Assembly: GCA_030704615.1 (NCBI GenBank)
Contig: CM060734.1
Coordinates: 36,332,001-36,396,000, forward strand
Reading direction: 5' to 3'
From: Takakia lepidozioides
Taxonomy: Eukaryota; Plantae; Bryophyta
Length of the DNA stretch: 64,000 bases
Shown: positions 23,890 through 36,500 of the stretch, one piece after another
Numbering within the stretch: position 1 is the first letter of the stretch
How the letters are laid out: every line of letters begins with the position of its first letter
Made by a program: the position numbers and the translations under genes
The notes under the pieces: model-generated
Told to the model about the DNA's origin: nothing
Databases searched by the model: none
The model's input: the letters and a program-made list of their open reading frames with translations, nothing else

Positions 23890-26800
23890 TGAACGCGACC
23901 GCCAATTATGGCGGTCGCTTTGTTTTTCGAAATTAAAAAAGAAATAGCGACCGCCGTATTGGCGGTCGCTTCAATTTTTATTTTTTTTTTAAAGCAAGAT
24001 TGGTGGTCGCACTGGCAGTCGCTTTATTTTTTGAAATAGAAAAAAAAATAGCGATCGACATATTGGCGGTCGCTTCAATTTTTTTTTAAAAAAAAACAAG
24101 ATTGGCAGTCATACTGGCAGTTGCTTTATTTTTCGAATTAAAAAAACAAATAGCGACCGCCAAGCTACCTTGGCGGTCGCTTCAAAATTTTATTATTTTT
24201 AAAACAAGATTGGCGGTCAGATTGGTGGTCGCCTAATTTAGAAAAGAAAACAAGTGACTGCCGTATTGGCGGTCGCACAATTTTGTAAATATGTATAGAA
24301 CAAGCGACCGCCATATGGCAGTCGGATAATTTTAAAAATAAACAGCGACCGCCATTGGGCGGTCGCTTAATTTTAAAAATATATAGAAAAACAAACGACC
24401 GCCATATGGCGGTTGGTAAATTTAAAATTATATTAAAAAATAAGCGACATATGAAAATAAAAGCGACCGCCACACCGGTGGTCGCTTGTTTTAAAACAAT
24501 ACAATATTTGCGACCACGAAACTGGCGGTCGCGTCAATTTTAAAATATATATTAAGTTTAAGCGACCGCCAGCCTGGAGGTCGCTTAAACTTGAAAATAT
24601 AAAGATTAAAAGCGATCGCCTTACTGGCGGTCGCGTTTTTTAAAAAATATTAAAAATAAAACCGACCACCATATTGGCGGTCGTTTTATTTTAAATATAT
24701 TAACAAATGAAGCGACCGCCATACCGGCGGTCGCTTAAATTTAAAAATATATAAAATAGAAGTGACCGCAATATTACACAAACGAAAGGAAATAAAAGCG
24801 ACCGCAGTAGTGGCGGTCGCTTGTTTTTCATAAAAAATAAAAATAGCGACCGTAGTATTAGCGGTCGCTTAATTTCAAAATTACACAAATATGGTTGTAC
24901 AGCCTTTTTCGGGTGGGCGCTATTGGTTCGTCATTTATTCATTTCACTTTCATCCTTCTTAGATCATATATAAGGGAGGATGGTCACTAAGTTCCTCATT
25001 TCTTTTGGCGCAAACACTTGAGGTTGCTTTGGATGTTCTCTTCCATTGAACGAGAGTGTAGCCTAAGAGGAGGGTGCGCACTTTTTGCCGTTGTGGCTTC
25101 CACCAAAACCACTTCAGAAGATTGTGTATAAGCTCAACACTACAACCCACATCGACCCACTTGGGTTGCTGACAGGATGTTCACGCTTTTACTTTAATTA
25201 TTTTGGAAATGAAGCGACCGCCGTTACTGGCGGTCGCTTTTTTATTTTTTTGGAGGAAAATAGAGCGACCGCCATTAGGGGCGGTTGTCGATATTGTTGT
25301 TTTTTGTAATTGCAACGACCGCCATTAGTGGCGGTTGCTTTTATTTTAATTTGGTTGGAAATGGAGCGACCGCCATTTATGGCGGTCGCTTTTATTTTAA
25401 TTGTTTTGAAAATGAAAATGGAGCTACCACCAAGGTGGCGGTCGCTTCTACGAAGTGTGCCCTGAGCATGGAGCGAGGAGTGAGGCGAGGGAGGGGGGCA
25501 TATAAGCTCCGGCTCATTCTCCCCTCACTTCCGGTCGCTTGAAGGTTTTTTTTTTAAAAATAAAATAAAATAAAATAAAATAAATGCAGCGACCGCCATT
25601 ACTGGGGGTCGCTGTAATTGTTCTTTTTTAAAATGCAGCGACCGCTTTTTTTCTTTTTTTTTGGCGAAATGGAGCGACTGCCATTTGTAACGGTCGGTTT
25701 TTTTTGTTTTTAAATGGAGCGATTGCCAAGGTGGCGGTCGCTTCTACGAGGTTTGCCCTGCGCGTTGAGCGAGGAATGAGGGGGGGGGGGGGGGGGTGGG
25801 GGGGTATATAAACCCCGAGTCATTCTCCCCTCACTTCTATTACTGGCAGTTTTTATTTTTACAAAATGCAGCGACCTCCATTTCTGGCGATCGCTATAAT
25901 GGTTATTTTTTAAAATGCAACGATCGCCATTACTGGCGGTCGCTTTTATTTTAATTATTTTGAAAATGAAGCAATCGCCATTACTGGCGGTCGTTTTTAT
26001 TTTAATTATGTTGGAAATGAAGCGACCGCCGTTACTGGCGGTCGTTTTTTTGTTTTTTTGGAGGAAAATAGAGCGACCGCCATTAGGGGCGGTCGCTTTT
26101 ATTTTAATTGTTTTGAAAATAAAAATGGAGCGACTGCCAAGGTGGCGGTCGCTTCTACGAAGTGTGCCCTGCGCATGGAGCGAGGAATGAGGCATATAAG
26201 CTTCGGCTTATTCTCCCCTCACTTCCGGTCGCTTGAAGGTTTTTTTTGTTTTTGTAAATGCAGCGACCGCCATTACTCGGGGTTGCTGTTCTTTTTAAAA
26301 TGCAGCGACCTCCATTACTGACAGTCCTTTTTTTTCTTTTTTTTTGGCGAAATGGAGCGACCGCCACTTGTAGCGGTCTTGTTTTTTTTTTTTTAAATGG
26401 AACGACCGCCAAGGTGACGGTCGCTTCTACGAGGTTTGCCCTGCGCGTGGAACGAGGAATGAGGCGGGGGGGGGGGGGGGGGGGGGGGGGGCACATAAGC
26501 CCCCAGTCATTCTCCCCTCACTTCCATTACTGGCAGTTTTTGTTTTTACATTTCTGAGCAGTCGCTGTAATGGTTATTTTTTAAAATGCAGCGATCGCCA
26601 TTACTGGCGGTCGCTTTTATTTTAATTAATTTGGAAATAAAGCGACCGTTAGTAATGGCGGTCGCTTTTATTTTAATTATTTTGGAAATGTAACGACAGC
26701 CGTTACTGATGGTCGCTTTTTTGTTTCTTGGAGGAAAATGGAGTGACCGCCATTAGGGGCGGTCGACGGTATTGTTGTTTTTTGTAAATGGAGCGACCAC

Positions 26801-27315
26801 CATTAGTGGCGGTCATTTTTTTAAAAATTTGGTTGGAAATGGAGCGATCGCCATTTGTGGCGGTCGTTTTTATTTTAACTGTTTTGAAAATGAAAATGAA
26901 GTAACCGCCATTACAGGCGGTCGCTTCTCTATATTTTGGAGGAAAATCGAGCGACTGTTTTTGTAAATCCAGCGACCGCCACTACTGGCGGTCGCTTTTA
27001 TTAAAATTTTGGTTGAAATGGAGCGACGGCCATGACTGGCGGTCGCTTTTATCTTAATTGTTTTGAAAATCAAGCGACCGCCATTACTGGCGGTCGTTTT
27101 TATTTTTATTTTTATTTTTATTTTTTAAATGAAGCGACCACCTATGTTGGCGGTCGCTTATTTATTTTATTTTCGGAAAATGGAGCGACCGCCAGTTCAG
27201 GCGGTCGCAGTTTTTTTTTTTAATCCGGAAAATGGAGCGACCGCCAGTTCTGGCGGTCGCTTATTTTTATTTTATTTTCCGGAAAATTGAGCGACCGCCA
27301 AGTTGGCGGTCGCTT
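23890..27315. repeat. Array of AGCGACCGCC-N5-GGCGGTCGCT palindromes in AT-rich spacers, with a ~700-bp internal duplication
   Basis: Dozens of copies spaced about 45-55 bp apart. gtcgcttctacgaagtgtgccctg occurs at 25441 and 26148. Confidence 0.9.
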
Positions 27316-27390
27316 CTAGAATATTCGCCCTGTACGTGGTCCGAGGAATGAAGGAGGACTGTTGTCCACAATGAGGATCGAACAAACGTC

Positions 27391-28953
27391 ATGGACATGG
27401 ACGCGGAGTTTGCGATGCCCGATCGCAGTATTGACCTCATCATTGACGAAATTACGGATGTCCTTGACCCTATGGCCGATGAAACCATGGTTGAGGAACA
27501 ACAAATTGCGGATGAAAGAAAGAGGACAAGAAAAGAAGCAGTACTGGAAACTGGGGAATGCTCGATGGTCGTCATTCAATCGGAAATGAACCCGATATTA
27601 GATGTCGACCGCATTACAAAGGAGCGAGACATTGTCATGGCAACTACATGGCGCTTGTCCAAAACGCTGGAGATTCGGGCATGGGTCTTATTGAATGACG
27701 ATTGGGAGAATTGGGTATAATGGGCGATCCATTTGACCTCCAGAAAAGCACAGGTAGAGCAGGCACTGTCAGGCTTGTAACGTGTCGCACGCATGTTGAA
27801 CCGTAGCGTGGATAACATTTATGCCAACATGCAAAGGTATAACGATCTTCGCATCGCATCAAGCGTGTTCGTCGGGTATACCAATTGGACAAATGTGGAT
27901 TCTATGTTCGATCGATGTGAGCACAGAATTTCGGGGTCGAACAGAAGCATAAACTGGGAATTGGAGATAGAAGAAGAGTGGGACACCACAACAATGATGA
28001 CTAGCCACATCAAACCGGCCCAGAGGGAGGAGATACCACGAGACGTTTTGCCGTCATGGATATCAGATGTCACAGTTTGTTCGATGTGTAGGAATCCATA
28101 CGGCCCAGAGAGATGTCATGTCCTTGGATCATGTGGACATATGTTCCATCTCATATATCTTATCCCGTAAGCCTTGCGGACGAGCGCTTGCCCAAAATGT
28201 CGTACACTAATCCATCGTCGTTTCTATGAGCTGGTGGGCTTGGAGGATCGGATGTCCATAAGTTTTGAATACAATTGACACAACCTCCCATTGGATGTGC
28301 TACCATACACAATTCTGAATTGTGTGCATTGGGGCAAGAACTTGGTATGGGATGCAGACAAAGAGATGTATGGCATACATGCCAGAAACCCGACATACAT
28401 CAAAGATCCCCAGTATTTCTGGGTCACATCTGACTGGGAGATAACCATACGTGTGGGAGGTATTCGAGATTGGTGGGAGAGAGAGCAGTTTTGCCGCAAT
28501 CTGGGAGGGCATTGGAGTCAAAGAAGGTCCAGGTTTATCCGGCTTCCATAGGTTCCATGGGTGTCGGAGGAGAACGAATTGTATGACCGACAACCGATTG
28601 AGAGACATTTGTTGCTGTCCGAACTGGAAGATGTTATAATATGTCAACGTCAAATAAATGAGGCGTACGAGGCGGCTTATCGTCGAAACGACACAATGAT
28701 TATGGACAGGGCCCGCGAGAGGCAGTTGAAAAGTTTCAAAAGTACCATCAAGACAGTTGTAGAGAAATGGAGACGACTATGGATAGACCGTTATCATCGT
28801 GTTTTGGGGGCTGTATTGCCGGATGTGGACGGCCTCGTTGTCGATTTGCATGCAGCCCGAGCACTTGTTCTCGATCCACCTCCGCCACATCGTGAGAGTG
28901 AAGCAGAAAGTCAACTTTCGCCACGAAGTAAGCGGATACAGGCCAAAAATTGA
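27391..28953 (+). pseudogene. Intronless coiled-coil plus RING-H2 protein (about 520 codons) broken only by point stops
   Basis: ORFs 27391, 27793, 28291 and 28561 share one frame. CSMC...CGHMFHLIY...CPKC. Stops at 27718, 27778, 28168, 28276 and 28549. Confidence 0.75.
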
Positions 28954-29519
28954 TCACATGCCATTGGGCCCCTCATTGACCACGAGATCACGGTCGCAAG
29001 CTCTGGCAATTGGCAGTGCAAATCAGGCCACAACATCAAATTCCTTGTCCTCGGACAGTGACGACTAGGCTTTTAATGACTGGCAGCGTAATACATATAC
29101 AATATGCATTTTTGTTGTACCTTGAATATTGTTTGGAAAACACAGTGATGGTATTCTGTCAAGTTTGTATAGCACCAATTTTGATAATACACAATGCACA
29201 TGTGCGGCACCTGCCAATTTCAATTGCATGAGCAGCGTTTCTATTCACATTTACACTCGTGTAATGGGGGAAGAAGTAGTTCACCTTGTAAACAAATTTA
29301 CAATGGTGTCATATTTGGTCATGACGTGTATGTGGGTATTTGCAATGAACTCCGAAAACTGGAGAACAAGGAAAATTGATGTTAACCAATAAGTTATAAC
29401 GAGTTACGAACGGTCGTCTTCCAAACAAATTTCGCCTGGTCCCTGCGTATTTCATAATCATTTCACAAAATCTATGATCTTTCTACGAACATACCCACAA
29501 AGTTCTCAAAGCACAAAAT

Positions 29520-31295
29520 AATTTCGATTGATCTTGTATTACACTGAGACGTATCAGAGGGTACATTGAACACACTGGCCAAGTTTCAAAGCGAACGAAA
29601 ATCATTTGGATGGGCAACCATCTGTTGCCCCATTGAACGAATTTCGATTGATCTCATATTACTCTGGGGCCTCTTACATGGCACATTGAACATAGTGGCC
29701 AAGTCTCAAAGCGAACCAAAATTATTTCGACGGCCAACCATCCGTTGAGCCATCGAATGAATTTCGATTGATCTGATATTAGTCCGGGATCTGTGAAAGA
29801 CTGTGTCGAACGTACTGGCAAAATTTGGAAGCAAACAAAAATGATTTGGATGGGCAACCACCGTTCACCCATTGAATGTATTCCGTTGGATCTGTTATTG
29901 CTTTTAGGACCTGTTGGACTGTGTTTTGCGTGCTCACGATTTTTTTTTTTTTTTTCCATTTTTGAATGGGGCATGTAATGTAGCCATATGCAACGTGTGT
30001 GCCAAATTTGGGAGCGATCAAAATTCATTTGGACCCAAAATCACAGTTTCCTCCCTGTTTTGCACTCCAAACTTGATTTGTGATCTACTTCATGCACTCC
30101 TCATAGAGAGTTCTGCAATAGTGAGCGAAGAGAACACTTTTTTTGGGAGGCATTTTTTCTTGGTCCTAATTTTGGCGGGGGAGTAGCGGTGGGATGCTGG
30201 AAGCCGCAGAACAAAATTGAGCAAAAAAAAAAATGGATACGTGCCAGAAACCCCCAATGAAAGGCAGTGCAAACCTATTTATTGGCTTAAAATAAATTTT
30301 AATTCAATTAAATTGTGGAATGGCTTGAGGGGGCAGCGCGTCGATGGGGAGGCAAATGATTTATTCGTCTGTTGTGTCTCCGCACATGTAGGCAAAAGAG
30401 GGGCTTTAACCACATCCGTTCAATGGGTGTAATAGCCGTGCACGCATTGCAAGATTTCTTTTTCGCATTGAACAAAAACCAGATGACAAGTGAACACCTC
30501 ATTGGACAATCAAACGAATTTTGATTGATCTCATATTACACAGGGACGTATCAGAGGGTACATTGAACACACTGGCCAAGTTTCAAAGCGAACGAAAATC
30601 ATTTGGATGGGCAACCATCCGTTGCCCCATTTAACGAATTTCGATTGATCTCATATTACTCTGGGGCCTTTTACATGGCACATTGAACATAGTGGCAAAG
30701 TCTCAAAGCGAACCAAAATCATTTCGATGGCCAACCATCCGTTGAGCCATCAAATGAATTTCGATTGATCTGATATTAGTCCAGGACCTGCGAAAGGGTG
30801 TGTCGAACGTACTGGCAAAGTTTGGAAGCAAACAAAAATGATTTAGATGGGCAACCATCCGTTCACCCGTTGAATGTATTTCGTTGGATCTGTTATTGCT
30901 TTGGGACCTGTTTGGACTGTGTTTCGCATGCTCACGATTTTTTTTTCATTCCGTTTTTTAATGGGGCGTGTAATGTAGCCATATGCAATGTACGTGCCAA
31001 ATTTGGGAGCGATCAAAATTCATTTGGACCCAAAACCATAGTTTCTTCCCTGTTTTGCACTCCAAACTTGATTTGTGATCTACTTCATGCACTCCTCATA
31101 GAGAGTTCTGCAATAGTAAGCAAAGAGAACACTTTTTTGGGGGGGCCATTTTTTATTGGTCCAAATTTTGGCGGGGGAGTAGTGGTGGGATGCTGGAAGC
31201 CGCAGAACAAAATTGAGCAAAAAAAAAAAATGGATACGTGCCAGAAACCCCCAATGAAAGGCAGTGCAAACCTATTTATTGGCTTAAAATAAATT
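29520..31295. repeat. ~780-bp direct repeat (offset about 997 bp) containing ~118-bp subunits
   Basis: 29520-30298 matches 30518-31295. aatttcgattgatct recurs at about 29520, 29640 and 29760. Subunits contain GATGG-GCAA-CCATC. Confidence 0.9.
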
Positions 31296-32195
31296 ATATA
31301 TATAGCGACCGCCACATGGCAGTAGCTGTATTTTAACAGAATATATCAAAGATATAATAATAATAATATAATAAAGTGCGAGCAACCGCCAATCTGGGCG
31401 GTCATTTCATTTAAAACATAATAAACTTCAACCGACCACCAATGTAGGCGGTCGCTTATTTTAAAATATAATAAAATAGAGGCGACCGCCAATATGGGTG
31501 GTCGCTTTTATTTTAAAATAATAAATTATATGCGACCTCCAATATAGGTGGACATTTTTTTATAAAAAGAATTAATAAATATTAATAATTGGCCACGTAT
31601 GTTTTACATCGTGGCTGCCATGTCATTACAAAGGGTAGAAGTAAATCGTAAAAGTCAAATGTAAAATAAATTACATGGATAAACGTCCGGATTCGACGTG
31701 ACGTGACGTGACGCATGTCGGACGTGACGGCCGACGTGTCAGCACCACGTCACGTCAGGAATGATAACTAGGCCTTAGAGAGAGACTCAGAGCAAGAGAG
31801 CAAATGACGAGGCGTCGTTTCAAATGACGAGGCGTCGTTTGATGGAGAACACAGGGCCATGGCAGCGGAACTGCAATGCGTGAGCAGACCGAGAATGTTT
31901 GTGAGGCTGTAGCTGTTATACAACCAGAGGGAACAGTGAGCGTTGGAAACCAGACTTTGGAAGCAGAGATGATTCGCAAGGAAACTGAAGGAGGTGGAAG
32001 TCCTGGGAATGTAGAACCGGGAGATGGTCTACAAACCCTAGACCAGACATGAATGCCCATAGACGTGAAAGGGAAGAGGAAAACTGCAAAAGGGGATCCA
32101 AACTCAAAACCGAAGAAGACGACAATAAGTTTTCTCCACCCTTCTTTTTCCTGTTTATAGATGTACGAATTAGGTCAGCGAAATCTCCTAGAAAA

Positions 32196-33466
32196 TGATG
32201 GTTGGTACCGACCATCACTATGACGTCATATTGATTTGCTTTCCATTCCTCTATTTCAGGTTTTCCATACCAGTTGTTTGGGAATGGCGGTACCGCCAAT
32301 CACTGTCCTTCAGATCATAGAGTCATTCTGATTGCCTTTCCAACACTTTGTCTCTTGTTTTCTGTAGCAGGTAGCTGTGATTGTTGGTAACGTCATTCGC
32401 TTTCCTTTCAAAACTTAGATTTCTTCCATTTGCATTCTACTCACTTTCTGATACAAAAGGAAGTGAGTGTCGGTGCCGACAATCACTATGATCCAGTATT
32501 GATTTGCACAAAACCCAACCTTATCAGTTTTTCCAGTGTAGTGTATTGTGATTGTCGTTAACGCCATTCGATTCTCCTTGAGATCTTTCTGCACCTGCAT
32601 GCGTGGAAATAGAGTAATGGTCGATACCGACCATCACTATTCAGTCATATTCTTTTGCATTGCATTTTTTCTGTTTCAGGTTGTCCAGACTAGGGAAGAG
32701 GAATGGCGGTACCGCCAATCACTTTTCTTGAGACCATACTGTAGCTTCATGTCCAAAAACAGTTGCAATGTACATTGTCCGTAACGACCATCACCATGGA
32801 GTCATTCTGATTTCCTTTCCAACACTCTGTTTCATGTTTTCTGCAGGAGATATAAGTGAATGTCGGTAACGCCAATCGCTTTCCTTTCAAAACTTAGATT
32901 TATGCATTTCAGACAATTTGCATTTCACTCACTTTCTGATACAAACTAAAGTGAGTGTCGGTGCTGCCAATCACTACGAGAAATATTTATTTTGCACCAG
33001 ACCCATCTTGTCAGTCTTTCTAGTATAGTGTTTTCTGATTGTCGTTAACGCCATTCGCTGTTCCGTGAGACCTTCCTGTACCTGCATGTGTAAAAAGATA
33101 GTGATGGTCGGTACCGACCATCACTCTGCAGTCATATTATTTTGGTTTGTATTCGCCTGTATCAGCTTTGCTAGTGTAGATGATTGTGATTGTCGGTACC
33201 GCCAATCACTGTGATTTGAGACAAGACGGACTGATAGTCGGTACAGACCATCAATATGCAGACATACTGATTTGGTTTGCCATATTCTGTTATTATTTGC
33301 TACAGATACAGTTTGTGATTGTCGGTACCGCCAATCGCTATCCCTTCTGAACTTAGAGAACTTTCAGTTGTAAAGAAGCTGCATTGAACATTTTTAATCA
33401 CTTTGAAGTCATTGTGATATCATTGTTTTTGCCTGTGTACTGTGATTGGCGGTGCCGACCATCACT
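32196..33466. repeat. Array of GTGATTGTCGGTACCGACAATCAC-type palindromes, with a ~480-bp duplication
   Basis: Perfect 26-bp palindrome agtgatggtcggtaccgaccatcact at 33100-33125 and more than a dozen variants. Further copies at about 35301, 35417 and 36464. Confidence 0.85.
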
Positions 33467-33503
33467 ATTTGCACATAACTGAGTATCTGATTGGCATGGC
33501 ATC

Positions 33504-36500
33504 GTGCAGAAAATTGTGAAGACCAAGATGACAGGAAATGAGGCAAAAGGTTCTGGAGATGGGGACGACTCTGCGAAGAGTTCGGAGAATAGCGACGAAA
33601 CAGATGAACCTGAAGTGCACTACCTTGACAAGGTGAAAGAACTCATGTCATTCCAGCAGGTAAACTCCCAGGAGGTTATTAGGGACATGCTCGTCTCTGG
33701 AGGGCGTCTTGACATCCCACTATGCCGGATGATATCTATGCCTGTTGTGCATCCTCCACTTTCCCATGACATTACAAAATTCGAAACTGATTTCGTGCAT
33801 GGATACAGACTTGGTGCACAAGTTTTTTATGTGTCACTGACGGATACAAATGGGAAAAGCACATTAGTGTCTCCTGAGATCACCGATACCTGGGACGAGT
33901 GCTGGAAAGATATTAATGAGGAGTTCGAGCTAGGCCTCATGATGGGAAATAACACCCAACAATTCTGCAACCACATGTTCTATGTCTGGGACGACAACCA
34001 CCGTTTGCTGGCATGGATGGGATACATTCAGAAACATCATTCAAAAGACAAAGACAAGCATGTTGCTGTAGAGGCAATGGTTCTGGATCCTGGAAACGAT
34101 ATTGCGAGGCTTCTTATAGCCGTGCATGGCGTGAACAAGTAAGTCATCCTAGAGACTCCATTGCCTCTTCTATGTCTTGTTCATCCCACCAAAAAACGAT
34201 TTTTACCAATGCATTGTTTTCACTCTTTTTCGACAGAGAAATCGCATGTGACAACTAGCTTGGTCCACACACTTTTCCGAATTCAGAGAATTGGTTTGAT
34301 GAAGCTGGATGATTTTCGCACAGTACTCCACCCTGATATAATCAAGAAGTGCGAAATAGGAAGAGCTGCAGGCCCTTGGTATTCTTTGACTCGAGAGGCG
34401 TTTCTGGAGTACATGTATGCGGTAAGGTCGAGCCTGTACTCATTTGTCTTTTTGAATACATGTTTGTAATTCATTTTTACTTATCCCTACTTTGATCTAT
34501 GTAGCAAGAACTGGCAGAGGCAGCTGAGAAGGGGAAATCCGAAGGGTGTGGAGGCAGCAATAAAGAAGGAGTATGAAATCCGAAGAACTAAAACTGATGT
34601 CCGCCTTCTCGAAGCAGCTTAGAATAGTAGATCCCGGCCTTGGGGAGGAGTTCCTTCTGCAGATCAAATCTCACTTTGACAAACATTTGCACCCGGAGAT
34701 GTAGCAGGAGAAATTGCACCAGCTGGCCATCTCCATGGTTGACCCCCAAACCAAAATTAGATGGTTGGAGATTTGGAACTCAGATCAGACAGTGAAGGAC
34801 TTGAATCAGTTTCCCAATAGCACAATACAGCCTGACACAAAGGTGGAGGGAATCAGTGACATTGTGTTTGACAACTGGCTGTACAAGGCCACATTTTGGA
34901 GTCAGGTGTGTATTCATTGAAAGTCCATCTTCAGTGACTTCATGAATGTAATGACTTCCTTATTTGCAAAACTGACAGATGTACCTTTTGCAGCTGGAGA
35001 AGCGCGTCATCCTTGTGCTTGAGCATAATTTGAAGGACTTGAATATTTCCATTGTTTCCCTGCCTCAAATGACATTGGAGGCATACATCAGGAAGTGGAG
35101 AGGTCTCACTTGGTGATACTGTTTTTTCCGGGAGTTTTCGAAGGATGGTGTCATTTTGCAGTCCAACGACTTTGACAGTCAGGTTGGGGGGGAGTGGGCC
35201 ATGATGCGAGTTGTGTACAGGTGCATTTCCAACTAGAAACTGTGTTGCCTCTTGTGAGAAATCCTTAGGTGTTATTAGAAGTGCTCTTCACTGATAGGAA
35301 GTGAATGTCGGTGCCGACAATCACTTCCACGGCTGTGACCTTTTACAGATAGAGATTTCATTCACATGGATTAGGGAACTTAGGGTGTGTTGGCACTGTT
35401 CTTGAATGAACTTTTATGAATGTCGTTGACGACCATCACATCCAAAGCTGTTGTGAGCTTCTATACAGAGAGATTTCTTGTACATTTGGTGGGGTGCATA
35501 ATAGTTTCATAATTTGGAGGCATGTCTTCCAATGTTTGCCAGTCTAGTCGGTCCTGCAGGGTCCTGATTCGCTGGTCTCTTTCCACCAGTTGTTCTTCTA
35601 ACGTTGCAGCAGGTTGTATTCCGAACGTGTCCCGGATGTACTCCAAATCGTATAGCAACCTTTCGTTCCTCCTACTAGCAATTTGCCAGTTCACTGAACG
35701 CAAGAATATGACCTCCACGTACAACATGACTGCCAAGGTGTACGGGATTTGGCCCTTTAAGAGATGTTGACCCCAAAATGTGCAATGCATCTCATTCGCC
35801 CTATGCTGGAAATGCAAGTTCGTGCAAGACCTGGACTCTACGTAATTGTTTCAGGTTTGCACATCATGCCTAATCCAAAGGCCACAATCGATTGATGTGG
35901 TACCATTTCACGAATTATTTGCATCTCGCCATCGGCCACCGGAACTCTTCCGGAACATCCTCCTAGCTCTCTTCTGCTAGTATGCTAGGGTCACCATATA
36001 CTTCCCAATTCAAGTCTTGCTTTGACCATTTGATTTTCTTAGGGGCGATCCATGTTCATTGGGGTCATCTCTTCCATGACGATCATCGTCCTGGCCCTCT
36101 GCCATTCTGCAACAATCGGAGCAACACTAAACGAGGTTTTCTAATAAGACGTAACTCTAAACCTTTCCCCCGCTAAATAGGTTTGAGTAGCTGTCAAAAT
36201 AGTTCCTAAAAGCTAATTTTGTAGAATAAAATGATCCTGGAAGCCAGAGGAGGGCCTATGGGAGCATTCTGCAACGACCTCACAGAAATCGCGACAAAAA
36301 ATACCCCTCACCCAACCAATGGCCTCCTTCTCCACGTGACTACGTGTCGTGGAATAATGAAATGTCACGCACATAGAAGTTGTGTGGAGAGGAAGTGAGG
36401 GGAATATGAGCCTCCCTTGGCTTATATCCCCCCCTTAGGCAGTGTTACTCACACGAATTTTCTGAATGTCGGTGCCGACATTCACTTTCTCATGGTTCGC

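Larger units (their letters stand above)
23701..31774 (+). mobile_element. ~8-kb non-autonomous TIR element with palindromic subterminal arrays and RING cargo (PIF/Harbinger-like ends, tentative)
   Basis: 13-bp imperfect TIRs agcccggttatca / tgataactaggcc with TGACGT-rich subtermini at both ends. GCGACCGCC arrays at 23890-27315 and 31305-31550. TAA/TTA-type flanks, but the TSD is imperfect. Confidence 0.6.

Noticed and set aside
20903-27223. Short ORFs with RPP/GGR/ATA repeats
   Set aside because: They are translations of the GCGACCGCC palindrome arrays.
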